DNA of 64,000 nt. It comes from Hypanus sabinus (Eukaryota). This document shows, one piece after another, positions 1 through 12,521 of the stretch (positions within the stretch are counted from its first letter, which is position 1; each line of letters starts with the position of its first letter). Under the pieces are notes generated by a model. The model saw only the letters and a list, made by a program, of their open reading frames with translations, searched no databases and was not told the origin of the DNA. The DNA is taken from contig NC_082723.1 of the NCBI RefSeq assembly GCF_030144855.1, positions 25,668,001 to 25,732,000 of the forward strand, in the 5' to 3' direction. Made by a program: the position numbers and the translations under genes.

Positions 1-466
1 ACACTGCCTAAGCATAAGTACAGAACTATTATGTTTTCTGATGGATATCTTTCAAAAATATAGGCTGTTTTCTTTGCACTATTTTCACTAATTTTTGCAA
101 GTTTGACTTTTGACACACTTAATAAACACCCTTGCACTAAATTGCTAAGCAACTGCAGCCATTTTTTTTCATTTGGTCATAACTTGCATATCTAACAATC
201 ACTGAAGGCACAAACGTTGCTGATTGATATCAGAGACTACAAGCAGTAATACACCGATGAGCATGAAACCTGCTCTGCACTCAGTGAGATTATGACCTGA
301 TCAGATCTTTGCCTCAACACCACTTGTCTGCTGTCTCCCATTACCCTTGAGTACAAATGTCCATCAACCTCTACCTTGGATTCCGTGTATTCATGATCCT
401 CTCTGAGACAAGAAACCACCTCCATTATGTCATCACCTTTTGTTACCTGTTATTACACATGAGTAC

Positions 467-730
467 ACATGGAAGCGTAGCAGTTAGCACAGTTGCTTTA
501 CAGCTCCAACAATCACCAATTGGGGCTCGATTCTCACCACTTTCTGTTCACCCATTGATCATGTGGTGCTTCGGTTTCCTCCCACATTCCAGAGATGTAC
601 AAGTTAAGGCTATGTTGATGCTGGAAGTACCACTCGCAGGCTGCCCGACACAATCCTTGGACGGTGGTCATTGATGCAAGCAATTCATTTCACTGTATTG
701 ATTACATGTGAGAAATAAAGGTAATCTGAT
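467..730 (+). mobile_element. tRNA-derived V-SINE (HE1-like)
   Basis: A-box-like GTAGCAGTTAGC head and V-domain GGTGCTTCGGTTTCCTCCCACATTCC. Confidence 0.7.
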
Positions 731-923
731 TCGGGGAGCAAATTCATGCTTCAAATTGTTTAACTGGTAACCGAACCATGATACTCTTCTATGTCTTGTT
801 GAAGGCTCTCAGTTGAAGTCAAAGAAAATGGTTAGGATTGATGTTTGCAGAGTAAATGCATTTTTCATGGAGTAATTAATGTTAACAGTTATCTAACAAT
901 CTCACTAGCTTTACTTATTTAAG

Positions 924-1003
924 CAGGGGTTCCCTACTTGGGCTCCACAGACCCCTCGGTTAATGGTAGGGGTGCTCAACATAAAAATGGTTGGGAACCC
1001 CTG
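924..1003. mobile_element. 80-bp hAT (Charlie-type) MITE
   Basis: CAGGGGTTCCC...GGGAACCCCTG termini. A second copy lies at 42906-42985. Confidence 0.8.
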
Positions 1004-1285
1004 ATTCAGAGATACAATGGGAACAGGCCCTTCCAGCCCCATGAGCCGTGCTGCCCAGCAACCCACCAATTTAACCCAAGCCTAATCACAGGACAATTTA
1101 CAATGACTAATAAACCTACTAACTGATAAGTCTTTGGACTGTGGGAGGAAATGAAGCACCCAGAAGAAACCCAACATGCACAAGAAAGAACGTATGAAGT
1201 TGCTTACAGAATACACCGGAATTGAACTCTGAAGTCCAATGCCATGAGATGTAATAGCGTCACACTAATCATTACATTACCGTGA
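1004..1285 (-). mobile_element. V-SINE/HE1-like SINE
   Basis: Reverse V-domain (GTGGGAGGAAA..GCACCC) and CR1-like tail. Confidence 0.7.
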
Positions 1286-2364
1286 CTTTTACTGCTAAGT
1301 TCAGGGTAACAGAGTGGCACCACTGGTCAGAGTTCGATGATCTGTGTGAAGTCAGTGGGCCAAAGGTTCTGCTTCCATCTTAATGCTGGAATCTTTAAAC
1401 AGTAGTTTTACCCATCTCTTTCTTTATTCATTCTTAAATCATGAGTCTTTCTAAATCTTTATTGCACTTTGTGCATATATGAGAACTGATAGACTTGTAT
1501 CATCCAACTTTTTGATGCTTAGAATCAGGAGTCAATGTATTTTGGAACAAGCTAAAACTGGTTTTCAGATTCCGATTTATTTGTACAGTGAAATGTGTCA
1601 TTTGCATTAATAGCCAGAACCTCCAAGGATGTGCTAGTGGTAGTCTGCAAGTGTCACCACACATTCCAGGACCAACATAACATGCTCACAATATTCCAGG
1701 CAATTTCATTAAACCAGGATACCTAAAAGAAAATCAAGTAAAAATTCATGTATTAATTGGACCTCAGATTTTACAGTTAAATGGTAATCAAAATGAGGTG
1801 GAATCTTCCCATGTTAACTGCTTGTAGAAACTAATTTGATTCCAGTAGAACTAGACTTCAAGTATACGAAGATGCTGTTTTCATTTCCACATGTTCTTGA
1901 GCACCTCATAACAAGTTAATGTTAGTGGAATGTATTCAGGTTTTGTTGGGAACCTCTAATCCAACAATGAATTCTGCTCACCTTCTCTCAGTAACTCCAT
2001 TCTTTTGTGTTTGTACATCAGTTTGTTCTGTTTATGTTTGGTGCAACTGCTGTATCTTGTTTCCTATGTGGAGGATACATCCTCCAGCAGAAAGCTAAGA
2101 TGTGTTAACCTCAACATGCAGTATATGCGGACCTATAGAAGCAAAACTGGGAAGCCTTCATTACTCAGTGGAACTTGTCTGTTCAACTCTCGGAGGCTTT
2201 GGGGTGTCTCAGTGTGCCAGGCTGTGCCACTAATGTGTCATATTGTCATGTGCACCGAGAGACAGCCTGTACATGATATGGTTGAAAATGCTTTAGGATA
2301 TTCTGTTTGCTCTCTTGTTTTATTCATTGTTTTTGTATTGATTGCACCAAAGGTTCAAGAGAGA

Positions 2365-2690
2365 TTTAGATTTATTTGTGGCCTCTACATTGAAACATAC
2401 AGTGAAATGTGTCGTTTTACATCAATGACCAAAACAGTCCAGGGATTGTACCAGGGCAGCCTGCAGGTGTCACCACACTTATGTCATCAACATAGTGTGC
2501 CCACAGCTTACTAAGCCTAACTTAGGCACATCTTTGCAATGTGCGAAGAGGCCAGATCACCAAGAGGAAGCCCACATGGTCACAGGAAGAACATACAAAC
2601 TCCTTACAGGCAGGGGCAGATATTGAGCCCTAATCAGTGATCACTGGCACTGTAAAGTGATTGTGCTAGTGGCTGTGCTACCTTGCCACC
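2365..2690 (-). mobile_element. V-SINE
   Basis: Same family as 467-730 on the opposite strand (CAAACTCCTTACAG, GGCACTGTAAAG). Confidence 0.65.
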
Positions 2691-3476
2691 CACCAGCTCT
2701 TAACTTTTCCAGTTGTAAATTCATGAAGTTACAATGGTCTAGAATAAAAGTTGTATTGTTGGCCTTACAGTACCAAATTTTGAGAATTTTGTCTTTTTTT
2801 AGTTAGATGAATCTAAAACTTCATGATGCATCGTAATTTAAAGCTTTGGCTACACTAAATTATATCAAAAAAGATTATTAGAATAGTGATGGGCACTGAA
2901 TTTAACATATTTAAAATTTTGACTCTGCATATGAAGACAAAATTAAAAAGGTTTCATTTTCTAATGCATGTTAGCATAACCTCTCCAGAACTGCAGCATT
3001 AAGAAAGGTCATACAGCAGATTATTAACATATTACATCAGTCTGAAGCAGTAAATCTGTATAAATCCACGTCAAATGTTAAATCTTTTCCTCCTGTACAC
3101 GAGCAGCAAGCGAAATCTAGATTCCTTTTTATTCCTCCTCCTTTCCTCACCAACCGTAGCATCCCCCCCTCATCTCCCCCTCAAGAAGAATTGAAAAGAA
3201 TTGACAGAGAACGTAACTAACCAAATGATTGATTTTGCACTTTGTCCATTGTGATGGGACGGGAAAATCAAATTATATTAAAAAGGGTTCTGTTGCCTTT
3301 GTGGTGAGTTTTGCCTGAATGATGTTGAAATGACATGTGGAGGCTGTCGCCATCATTGCAATTTCCTTCTGTTCTGCTGATGGGACATTAATATCACCAT
3401 CTGTTTCTTTGTCATGCTGCATCCGTAGTGAAACTCTGTTCATCTGTTTGACTACTGTCCTTTGTTTGCCTTGCAG

Positions 3477-3574
3477 GCCATGCAATATTCAAGCTCACAT
3501 ATCTAAGCAATCATGACCACAAGCACCTCTACTTTGAAGCCGACACCAACACAGTCAATGAAATTGTGTTGAAG
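3477..3574 (+). CDS. MAPKAP1: MAPKAP1/SIN1 penultimate coding exon (PH domain)
   Basis: Pyrimidine tract plus TTGCAG acceptor (AG 3475-3476) and AAG|GTTAGT donor. The 98 nt translate (phase 1) to (S)[32 protein letters not shown], matching human SIN1 [33 protein letters not shown] as I recall it. Confidence 0.96.
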
Positions 3575-4204
3575 GTTAGTAGCAGAGCAGGTATTTTGCC
3601 GAGGAAAAGCTGGTGACTGATGACAGCGTGGCAATAAATTCTGTACACTTCTGTTGTAATGTAGTTTGACTGTAATGAGTTCAAACATGATTTGTAACTT
3701 GCTAGAGGTATGGAGCATCATTGCTGCATTTCAACAGTCGAAGTAATTCCACTTTGTCTTAATAAGTGTTTCAATGTGCATCGTATGGAAATCGCAGCAT
3801 TTCACCAGTGCGAGTGAGTTATAGCAGTGCTTTCATAAGTGATCTTTGCAGACGTGATGCATTGTTTTGAACGGAGTGAACTGTCCCGCAACTGTGTGAA
3901 TGGAGACCTTTTATTAAATGTGTTTCCTTTGCTGCCGAGCTCTGTCCATGCTGGCAATTGTATTGAACTTCTTTTACAAAATACGTCAGCCTCCCAGATT
4001 TATTCCTTAAATAGTGCTGTAAGTCTCTGTAGACCAGGAATTTGGTCCAGGACACTTGTGCAAAGACCTGGCATCTTTCCCTGCGAATGCTTGGAACAGG
4101 AAAAACTGATGGCATTATTTTCATTAAGCTATCTGAATTAAGATTAAAATCCACAGCAACAGATCTGTGCAGCTTAGCCAGGCACTTTCAACTGCCTGCT
4201 TTGA

Positions 4205-4950
4205 CATGAAATGCTGAGGCTTTGTAAGGGGTTGGTCAGACCGTACTTGGAATATGGTGAGCAATTATGGGCTGCTTATCTAAGAAAGGATGTTCTGGCA
4301 TTGGAGAGGGAGTAGAGGAGGTCCAGGAGAATAATCCAGGGAATGAAAGGGTTAACATAGCCTGTAGTTGCTAGAGTTTAGAAGAATGAGGAGGGATTTC
4401 ATTGAAACCTATCGAATATTGGAAGCCCTAGATAAAGTGGGCATGTAGATGATGTTTCCTATAGTGGGGGAATCTAGGACCAGAGGGTCAGCCTCAGAAT
4501 ACAAGGGTGTCTGTTTAGAACAGAGGTGAGGAGCTGTTTCTTTAGCCAGAAGGTGGTGAGTCTGGGGAATTCATTGCCACAAATGGCTGTGGAGTCTAAG
4601 TCAAGGGGTATATTTAAAGTGGAAGTTGATCTATTAGTAAGAGCATCAAAGGTTGCAGAGAGAAGGCAGGAGAATGGGGTTGAGAGGGATAATAAATCAG
4701 TCATGATGGAATGGAGGCGCAGATCTAATGGACCAAATGTTGTAATTCTGCTCCTATGTCTTATATCAGCATACACAAAATGCTGGAGGAATTCAGCAGG
4801 CCAGGCAGCATCTATGGAAAAAAGTACAGGCAACGTTTTGGGTCAAGACCCTTCAGTAGGATGCTGCCTAGCTTGCTGAGTTCCTCCAGCATTTTGTGTG
4901 TGTTGCTTGGATTTCCAGCATCTGCAGAATATCTCCCTATGTCTTAATGG
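4205..4950 (+). mobile_element. CR1 LINE 3' fragment with an inserted palindromic Penelope-derived repeat (about 4768-4932)
   Basis: LVRPYLEY-type RT C-terminus and CR1 3' UTR. CCTATGTCTTA is duplicated around the insert. Confidence 0.85.
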
Positions 4951-5906
4951 TTTTGTGGTAACTGGACTTAAATGAAATTAGCAGAGTAAAACAGGCTGGT
5001 GCATCAATAGTTGAGAGTTTTTAAGTACTATCTTGGTGCAGAATTGTTGCAAGTATTGAATCTGAAGTAACAGTAACTTATTGCGGAAAGTAATTCTGCA
5101 GTATGAAAGATTTGGTTCAAAAGAATGTTTTCTCATTAATTATAGTAAAATTTAGCAAGTTACAAGCCGCTGGATTTTACCTGGTGTCCTGACAATACAC
5201 TTTGCACACTAATTTAGGGAGCTGTAGTTTAGTTAAATTTGTTTTATGCAAGACACCTTACTGTACCTCACTTCAGTAAAATGTGTCACTGTTACTGACA
5301 GAAGAACATTGCTGTTGACCACTGAAATACTTTGATCATTATTATCTTGTCATTTTCTCTTGATTTTTTTTGGGTGAATACATAGTTTGTATTAGATACT
5401 TGCAGAGTTTATATATTCTGTAAGGCATTACATTTGCAATTAAAATGTTAATGATATAGTGCTTCATTGAAGTGCTTTAACTTATTAAAATTAAAATCTG
5501 TTGTAAAAACATTAGCATCAAAACAGATGTAACAGTTCAAATTGCATTTAAGTTCGAAGGGTATTTCATTTTAATCGCAAAAACCTACTAGTGAGTAGAA
5601 AGAGAACGAATCGAAGATAATGAACATGTGCACCAAGTTCTTTAGTAACCTCAAGCAATTTTGAGCCTGGTTTAGGGGGAAAGCTCGAGCTGGTAACATG
5701 TCAGTTTGATTAAATGCTTCTCTCGATAATTTTGTGATTCAGGTCCTTAAAGTTGATTTTCCTTTTCCTCCAATGGCACACTATCTTTAAGGTTCCCTGA
5801 AAATACTTCACTGTAACTTGTGTGGCTTATGTAGAAAGGGAACTAAGTTTGAAGCAGTGCACATTGTCGTAGCTGCTGGGAGTCAGCTTTTAATTTTCAT
5901 TACAAT

Positions 5907-6150
5907 GGGTGCCGCGGTAGCATAGTGGTTTGCACGACACTATTACAGTTTGGGGCATTCCAAAGTTCGGAGTTCAGTTCCTGTGCAGTTTACAAGGAGT
6001 TTGAATGTTTTTTCCATAACTATGTAGGTTTCCTCCAGGTGCTTCGGTTTCCTCCCACAGACCAGAGGTGTACTGGTTAGTAGATTAGTTATCATTATAA
6101 ACTGTACTGTGATTAGGCTAGTGTGAAATCGGTAGATTGCTGGGCGTGCA
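5907..6150 (+). mobile_element. V-SINE/HE1-like SINE
   Basis: GGTAGCATAGTGG A box, GAGTTCAGTTCC B box and V-domain. Confidence 0.75.
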
Positions 6151-7371
6151 ATTCATTTACTAAAGATTATTGTGACTGAGTACAGGAACACAAAATCACT
6201 TATTATTGTAGATGTACTTAAATTCAGTGAAAACCATATCTTACATACTCTTCATACAGATCAAATCATTGCACAGTGCATTGAGTTAGAATAAGGTAAA
6301 ACAGAAGCCATGCAGTATAAAATGCAAAGGCTATCAAAGAAGTCCAGAGCAGGAAAATGATAAAGTGCAAGATCATAATGGGGTAAACTGTGAGGACAAG
6401 AGTCTGTATTATTGTCCATTCAAGAGTGTGATAAAAGTGGGATAGCAGGTATTTGTAAGCTGGTGCTCAAATGGAGAGAAGAAAAACAAGAATGTGGCTA
6501 ATGGTAAGTGAGCTATTGAAGTAAGAAATAAAAACAGAAAATACTGGAAGCAGTCAACAGGTGAGGCAGCACCTGTGAACCAAGAGACAGGATAGCGTCT
6601 CAGGCTGAAACCCCCTCAGACTGGAAAGAGGCAAAGACAAGACGGTGTCAAGCTGCTGAGAATTTGGGGGAGGAATGATAGGGTGAGGGCCTGCTGAGTT
6701 CCTCCAGCATTTTGTATGTGATGATAGGGTGAGGTCAAGTTCACTGTGTGGCCATGGTTGTAGAGGATCATTTGGTCAGTGTGTTAACAGGGGTAGTCAG
6801 TAAGAGAAAATGATCAGAAGTTTTGAAGGCCACAGAGAACACGAGTACAACCTGAATAACTCAAAAGCTGCAAGGCAAGTTCAATGGGTAAGGCTCTGCG
6901 GACAGAGGAGGAATAATACCTGGTCATAAATGTTCAGTACTGATAGAGACAGAGAAAGTGAAGTTATGGAAACTGGAAGCTGCAGTATTAAATTCTGCAA
7001 CTTGAGGAAACTTTCTTTCACTGCCTGAATCAGAATGGACCAGCGACATTACCTCACTTTCTTGTTCAACAGCCTGACCTACTGGGTATGCCTTCTGACC
7101 CAGTGGTTTGCATCTCTTATATTCCTTTGACTCTCTAACTGTCCTCATTTCAAAATGTGGACAATAGGCCATGTTCTCTCTCGCAAACTGCCTTCATTAA
7201 CCCATTGAGAAAAAGGGCTTGCCCCAATCAGTGGTGTTCCCTTCAATCTGCAACTCGTAACTAACTTGTTTTCTCTCATTCCCAGTTTGCCAATGGTAAT
7301 TGAACTGAAACAGTAACCCTCTTTCTCTCTGCAACCTGCTGTGTTTCCTGTATTTTCTTCATTTATTTTAG

Positions 7372-7725
7372 ATTTAGAAACATAGAAAACCTGCAGCACA
7401 ATACAAGCCCTTCGGCCCACAAAGTTGTGCCAAACATGTCCCTACCTTAGAAATTACTAGGCTTACCATAAGCTCCACGTACCTATCTAAAAGTCTCTTA
7501 AAGACCCTATCGTATCCGCCTCCCCCACCGTTGCTGGCAGCCCATTCCAAGCACTCACCGCTCTCTGCGTTTTTTTTTTAAAAAACTTACCCTTGACATC
7601 TCCTCTGGACCTACTCCCCAGCACCTTAAACCTGTGTCCTCTTGTGGCAACCATTTCAGCCCTGGGAAAAAGCCTCTGACTATCCACATGATCAATGTCT
7701 CTTATCATCTTATACACCTCTATCA
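7372..7725 (-). mobile_element. CR1 (HER1-like) LINE 3' end
   Basis: ORF 7487-7744 reads IEVYKMIRDIDHVDSQRLFPRAE...RGHRFKV. Homologous to 39440-40265. Confidence 0.85.
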
Positions 7726-8120
7726 TTTCTTGTATCTGCAGCAATTTTTTATTTTTATGTATTGTAGAAGTGAAAGTTCATTAGTAAGCCTGTAAGTAGG
7801 AAGCATTCTGGTAAATTCAGAGTAATCCAGCTTGGCACCAGGCCCTTTGGCTCAACTGGTCCATGCAATCACAGCATCCTCACTGTTAGTCCCAGTTCAG
7901 CCCCAACCCTCTGAGTTCCTCCCCTCTGTATCTATGATGTGTTAGCTTTGGTGATCACGTGGGTATCTTTGTTACATTATACAAATCAATGGATATGACA
8001 TTAGTGCAGGAAAGTGATGTGAAAGAAATGGTATTGAACAGGAAGCATAGATAAAGATGAATGAGATCATATGTATAGACTTCCTATAAAGTACTATACA
8101 AAAGATAATTAAACAGTCAT

Positions 8121-8560
8121 ACAGACAGACATACTTTATTGAACCTGAGGGAAATTGGGTTTCGTTACAGTCGCACCAACCAAGAATCGTGTAGAAATGT
8201 AGCAATACTAAACCATAAATAATTACATAATAATAAGTAAATTATGCCAAGTGGAAATAAGTCCAGGACCAGCCTATTGGCTCAGGGTGTCTGATACTCC
8301 GAGGGAGGAGTTGTAAAGTTTGATGGCCACAGGCAGGAATTACTTCCTATGACACTCAGTGTTGCATCTCGGTGGAATGAGTCTCTGGCTGAATGTACTC
8401 CTGTGCCTAACCAGTACATTATGAAGTGAATGGGGTCATTGTCCAAGATGGCATGCAACTTGGACAGCATCCTCTTTTTAGACACCACTGTCAGAGAGTC
8501 CAGTTGCACACCCACAACATCACTGGCCTTACGAATGAGTTTGTTGATTCTGTTGGTGAT
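8121..8560 (-). mobile_element. Rex1/Babar-clade LINE 3' end
   Basis: RMLSKLHAILDN..HP..RRSFLP-type C-terminus. Confidence 0.65.
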
Positions 8561-8949
8561 ACCATAGGTGATAAGGTGTTGGTGTGAATTAAAAATAGAA
8601 TATAGGAGTCAGTGAGCCACTTTCAGGTTGGGAAGCTGTCGACTGTTGTGGAGATCAGTTTTGGGGCCCCAAGTGTTGACAGTCTGCATTAATTATTCAA
8701 GTTCATTGTTGACACAAAGCTGGGCGGCCATGTTGCCTGTAAGACTTCAAGACTGCAGAGGAATCTAGACTAGTTATTGGGCAAGACTCTGGCTGATAAA
8801 ATATAGTCCACGTCAATATTAAACAGTATAGAAACATGCCCTTTGCCTTTCAAGACTACTGCCAGTTGTCTGTATTAATTCCATATCCCTCTAGGTCGTC
8901 CTCATTCAAATACTTGTCCAAATGGTTAAAAGTTAGGCTTGGCTATTTA

Positions 8950-9170
8950 CCAACACACACAAAATGCTGGAGGAATTCCACAGACCAGGCAGGATCTATG
9001 AAAAAGAGTACAGTTGATGTTTTGGGCGGAGACCCTTCATCAGGACTGAGATGATCAAGAAATGTTGACTGTACTTTTTTCCTTAGATGCCGTCTGGTCT
9101 GCTGAGTTCCTCCAGCATTTTCTGTGTGTATATTGCTTGGATTTCCAGCATCTGCAGATCTTCTCTTGTC
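8950..9170. mobile_element. Palindromic Penelope-derived short repeat with a degenerate hammerhead (9011-9048, minus strand)
   Basis: ACACAAAATGCTGGAGGAA... and its reverse complement. The minus strand reads CAGTC CTGATGA AGGGTCTCCGCCC AAAAC ATC AACTG. Confidence 0.75.
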
Positions 9171-9196
9171 AGTCATTTATTACATGTATTTCAAAC

Positions 9197-9548
9197 ATCG
9201 GGTGGCAGGGTGTCTCTACCAAAGGAGGTGTGAGACGCTCCTTCCTTCCACTAGCCTGCAGGTCACTCTTGAACAACATGTAGTAGCTCAGTCCTCACCC
9301 CTTCCAAAAAAAATCAGGGTAACATGAAGCCATGGGGGCAGGTGGTGGATGGTCGTATGAGTGGCTGGTCCTGGATATGCAAATTAGACAAACTCAGAAG
9401 AGTATTGATAATGGCTGGGGTTGCCCTTCTTGTAGAGACACTGCCCAGAAGACAATGGCAAATCACTTCTGTAGGAATATTTGCCAAGAACAGTCATGGT
9501 CATGGAAACGATGATTGCCCACATCATACAACATGGCATGTAACAATA
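9197..9548 (+). mobile_element. SINE with an RTE/BovB-like tail
   Basis: GAAGACAATGGCAAATCACTTCTGTAG..TTTGCCAAGAA tail. Reverse-strand copies at about 26188-26566 and 35355-35745. Confidence 0.65.
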
Positions 9549-9829
9549 ATGACATTAAACATGCAGTGAAATGTGTCATTTGCATTAACACCCAACACAA
9601 CTGAAGGATGGGTTGGGGGCAGCCAGCAAGTCCCCGCACATTCCAGTGCCAACGTAACCTGTCCTCAGTGGTCAGCAAAATAAACAACTAATAACAACAG
9701 CAATATCTGCCCCTTTGCTCTCTCCCTCCCTCCCTCCCTCCTACTCACACAAATAGAATGACTTGTGTGTAACTGCTCCAGCCTGCTCTACCAGCTCTGG
9801 CTGTGCACTGCAGATACCAATTCTGTGTT

Positions 9830-9922
9830 CACTGAAGGCCATACTTCAGCAGTTGTGAGGCAAGAATGCAGAATTTTGTTCTGCATTCTTGCCTCACAAC
9901 TGCTAAAGTATGGCCTTCAGTG
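9830..9922. repeat. Near-perfect inverted repeat (44-bp arms, 5-nt loop)
   Basis: 9830-9873 matches the reverse complement of 9879-9922 with one mismatch. Confidence 0.95.
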
Positions 9923-11124
9923 GAAATGAGATTCAATGGCTACACAAGGGATTAAATAATTATCAGGAAACTTAAGGATTGGCGTTAATGCTGGCTCTTT
10001 AATGGCAATATATTTATAAGGCTTAATTGTTGTAATTAAAGGGAACATCAAGATTAATATAGTTAATACAAGCTCTCAAAAAGTCATTTATATTCAGATG
10101 TGTTGAAGGTGTCTAAAATTGGTTGCCAAAATGTTTCTGGTTTTGAAACAAAATCATAGACAATAGCAATAATAACACACACAAACTCTTTATTCTGCCT
10201 CATAGATGCTGCCTGACCTGCTGAGTTCCTCCAGCATTTCGTATGTGTTACTTTGGATTTCCAGCATTTGCAGAATCTCTTGTGTTCACAATAGCCATAG
10301 TGCTATTTTAAATCAAAAGTATTAGTCAAAATAACAGTCAGACACAGTAGTTACACCGGGAATAGAAAAGGGCTGCTATTTGTGAGCTGGGCTGGGTGTT
10401 TATAATTGATGCATCCGGATTAAACCTGCTTCCCAGAATGTAGACGAGAGAAGGTGAAATGGCCAAGATGACAAACATATCTGGACCAGATCCAATAAGA
10501 TAGTTGGATTTCCTTCCCCAAAGGGCATTAGTGAACCAAAGAGGTTTTCAACAATAATCTAATGGAGAGGCAAGCTTTCTTCTTTTATAGTACCAGATTT
10601 ACATAATTCCATGAATTTAAGTTCTCCGTCATGGAGGGGTTTGAATTCAATGTATCTGGATTGATAATCCTGAACTCTAGCTAATTTAGCTTTTCAGAAA
10701 ACAGAAAAAGATAAATAAAATTTAAAGAAACGCACACAAAGATGTAAAGATCCTCCTTCCATTTTCCATCTCAGTCCCGATGAAGGGTCTTGGCCCAAAA
10801 CTTCCCTTATGTAGATGCTGCATGACTTGCGGATTTCCTCCAGAATTTTGTGTGCATTGCCCTGATGCAAGGCTAGTTCCCTGCAATGTTATCTCTATCT
10901 ACACGGTTCACTGCCACAGGCCAAGACAATTTTACTGGTGTGACGGCAATTAATGAAACTTGTATCCTAGATCAAGAATATCATACTCGTGCATAAATTC
11001 TTCACTATTTCATATTGTAGCTTGCTTGTTGGTGATTAAATGGCTAATGGTGTATTGCTGTCTCCAAGTGTCTTAAAATTAAGACACCAGAGTCTTAAAT
11101 CTCTGGGAAGACAGTTTGCATCAA

Positions 11125-11600
11125 AGTTAAGTTTATTGTTATATCAGAATCAGGGTTATTATCCCTGGCATATGTCATAAAATGTATTGTTTTGCAGCAG
11201 CAATACATTGTAAAAATATTCATTTTTAAAATGTAAATTACTATAACAAATGTATATATATTAAAAATAAATTAAGTAGTGCAAAATGAGAGTGAGAAAA
11301 ATATTGAGGTAGTGTTCATGGGTTTCACTTTCTATTCAGAAATGATAGTGGTGGGAAAGAAGCTGTTCCTGAAACAATCAGTGTGTGTCTTCAGACTCCT
11401 GTACCTCCTCCCTGATGTTAGCAATGAGAAAAGGGCATGTCCTGGGTGACGAAGGTCTTTAACAATGAATGCCTCCTTTTGGAGGTGTCCCTGATGCTTG
11501 GGAGGCTATTGTCCATGATGGAGCTGGCAGAGTTTATAACTTCCTGCAACTTTTTCTGATCCTGTGCAGTGGCCCCTCTGTACCAGGTGGTGATAGACAA
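11125..11600 (-). mobile_element. Rex1/Babar LINE 3' end
   Basis: ITTWYRGATAQDQKKLQEVINSASSIM..LPSI C-terminal motif and GATTCT-type tail. Confidence 0.75.
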
Positions 11601-12521
11601 CTATCTATGCAAGTTCTGGAATATGGAGCAGAAAACAAATGGCTGGAGGAGCTGCAAAAGTTGACTCCATAGATATTGCCTAAGCTACTGAGTCCTCCAG
11701 CCGTTTGCTTTTTGATTCAGGGAGTTGTAATGTGTGTTACCTTTTACAGGGAAGGAGAATGAAGGAAAGTGACATGTTAGAACGAGACCCATTCATGTTG
11801 ACGTGAGGTGGTTGGATATTTAGACAAAGTGAAACTACACAAAGATTGATTGGTATGGCTGTACAAAAATGGAGAGAGTCAGCGAAATGATGACTATAAA
11901 CCATCAGTCTGTCTTGAAGCAGAAAAGAAAAGTTTGTTTCTAAATACGAAAGCCTCTCTTCAACCTAAATTGCAAGGCTCCGAAATCCTGCTTCCCAGCT
12001 CAACTGGTCAATGCCTCTCAGCAGTGTCGGTGTGTTAATTGGTGAATCTGTAGAATTCATTTCCGCAGACAGCTGTGGAGGTCTAATCAACGGGTATATT
12101 TAAACCGGAAGCTGTTATGTCCTTGATTAGTAAGGGTGTTAAAAGTTTCAGGGAGAATGGGGTTGAGAGGGATAATAAATCAGCCATGATCGAATGGCGA
12201 GCAAACTCGATGGGCTGAATGGCCTAGTTCTGCTCCTATGTCTTACAATCTTATGGTGTCATTCCATGTATGGAAAGTACCCAATACTTGGTACTCATTT
12301 TAATCAAAAGTGGGTAATTTTAATGTTTTTACCCCCACTCTAGAACTATTACCATCCCCTCCCTCCACCAAGGCCCACACCTTGTCCAAGCCTGGCATTT
12401 CCTAAGGCAATCCTGCTGTGATCAGTTAATGACTGTGTGGGAAATTGCCATGTGTACAGTTTAGACTGGCTGTTCCTTGCTAAACTCTGCAATAAGCCAG
12501 GCATCCCAGCAAGTGATTCTG

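Noticed and set aside
2005-2514. Longest ORF in the track (169 aa)
   Set aside because: It starts at a non-ATG codon, runs into a V-SINE, lies in a MAPKAP1 intron, and has no recognisable domain.
3819-4154. Overlapping 100-111 aa ORFs next to the MAPKAP1 exon
   Set aside because: No similarity to SIN1 or known proteins and no convincing splice context.
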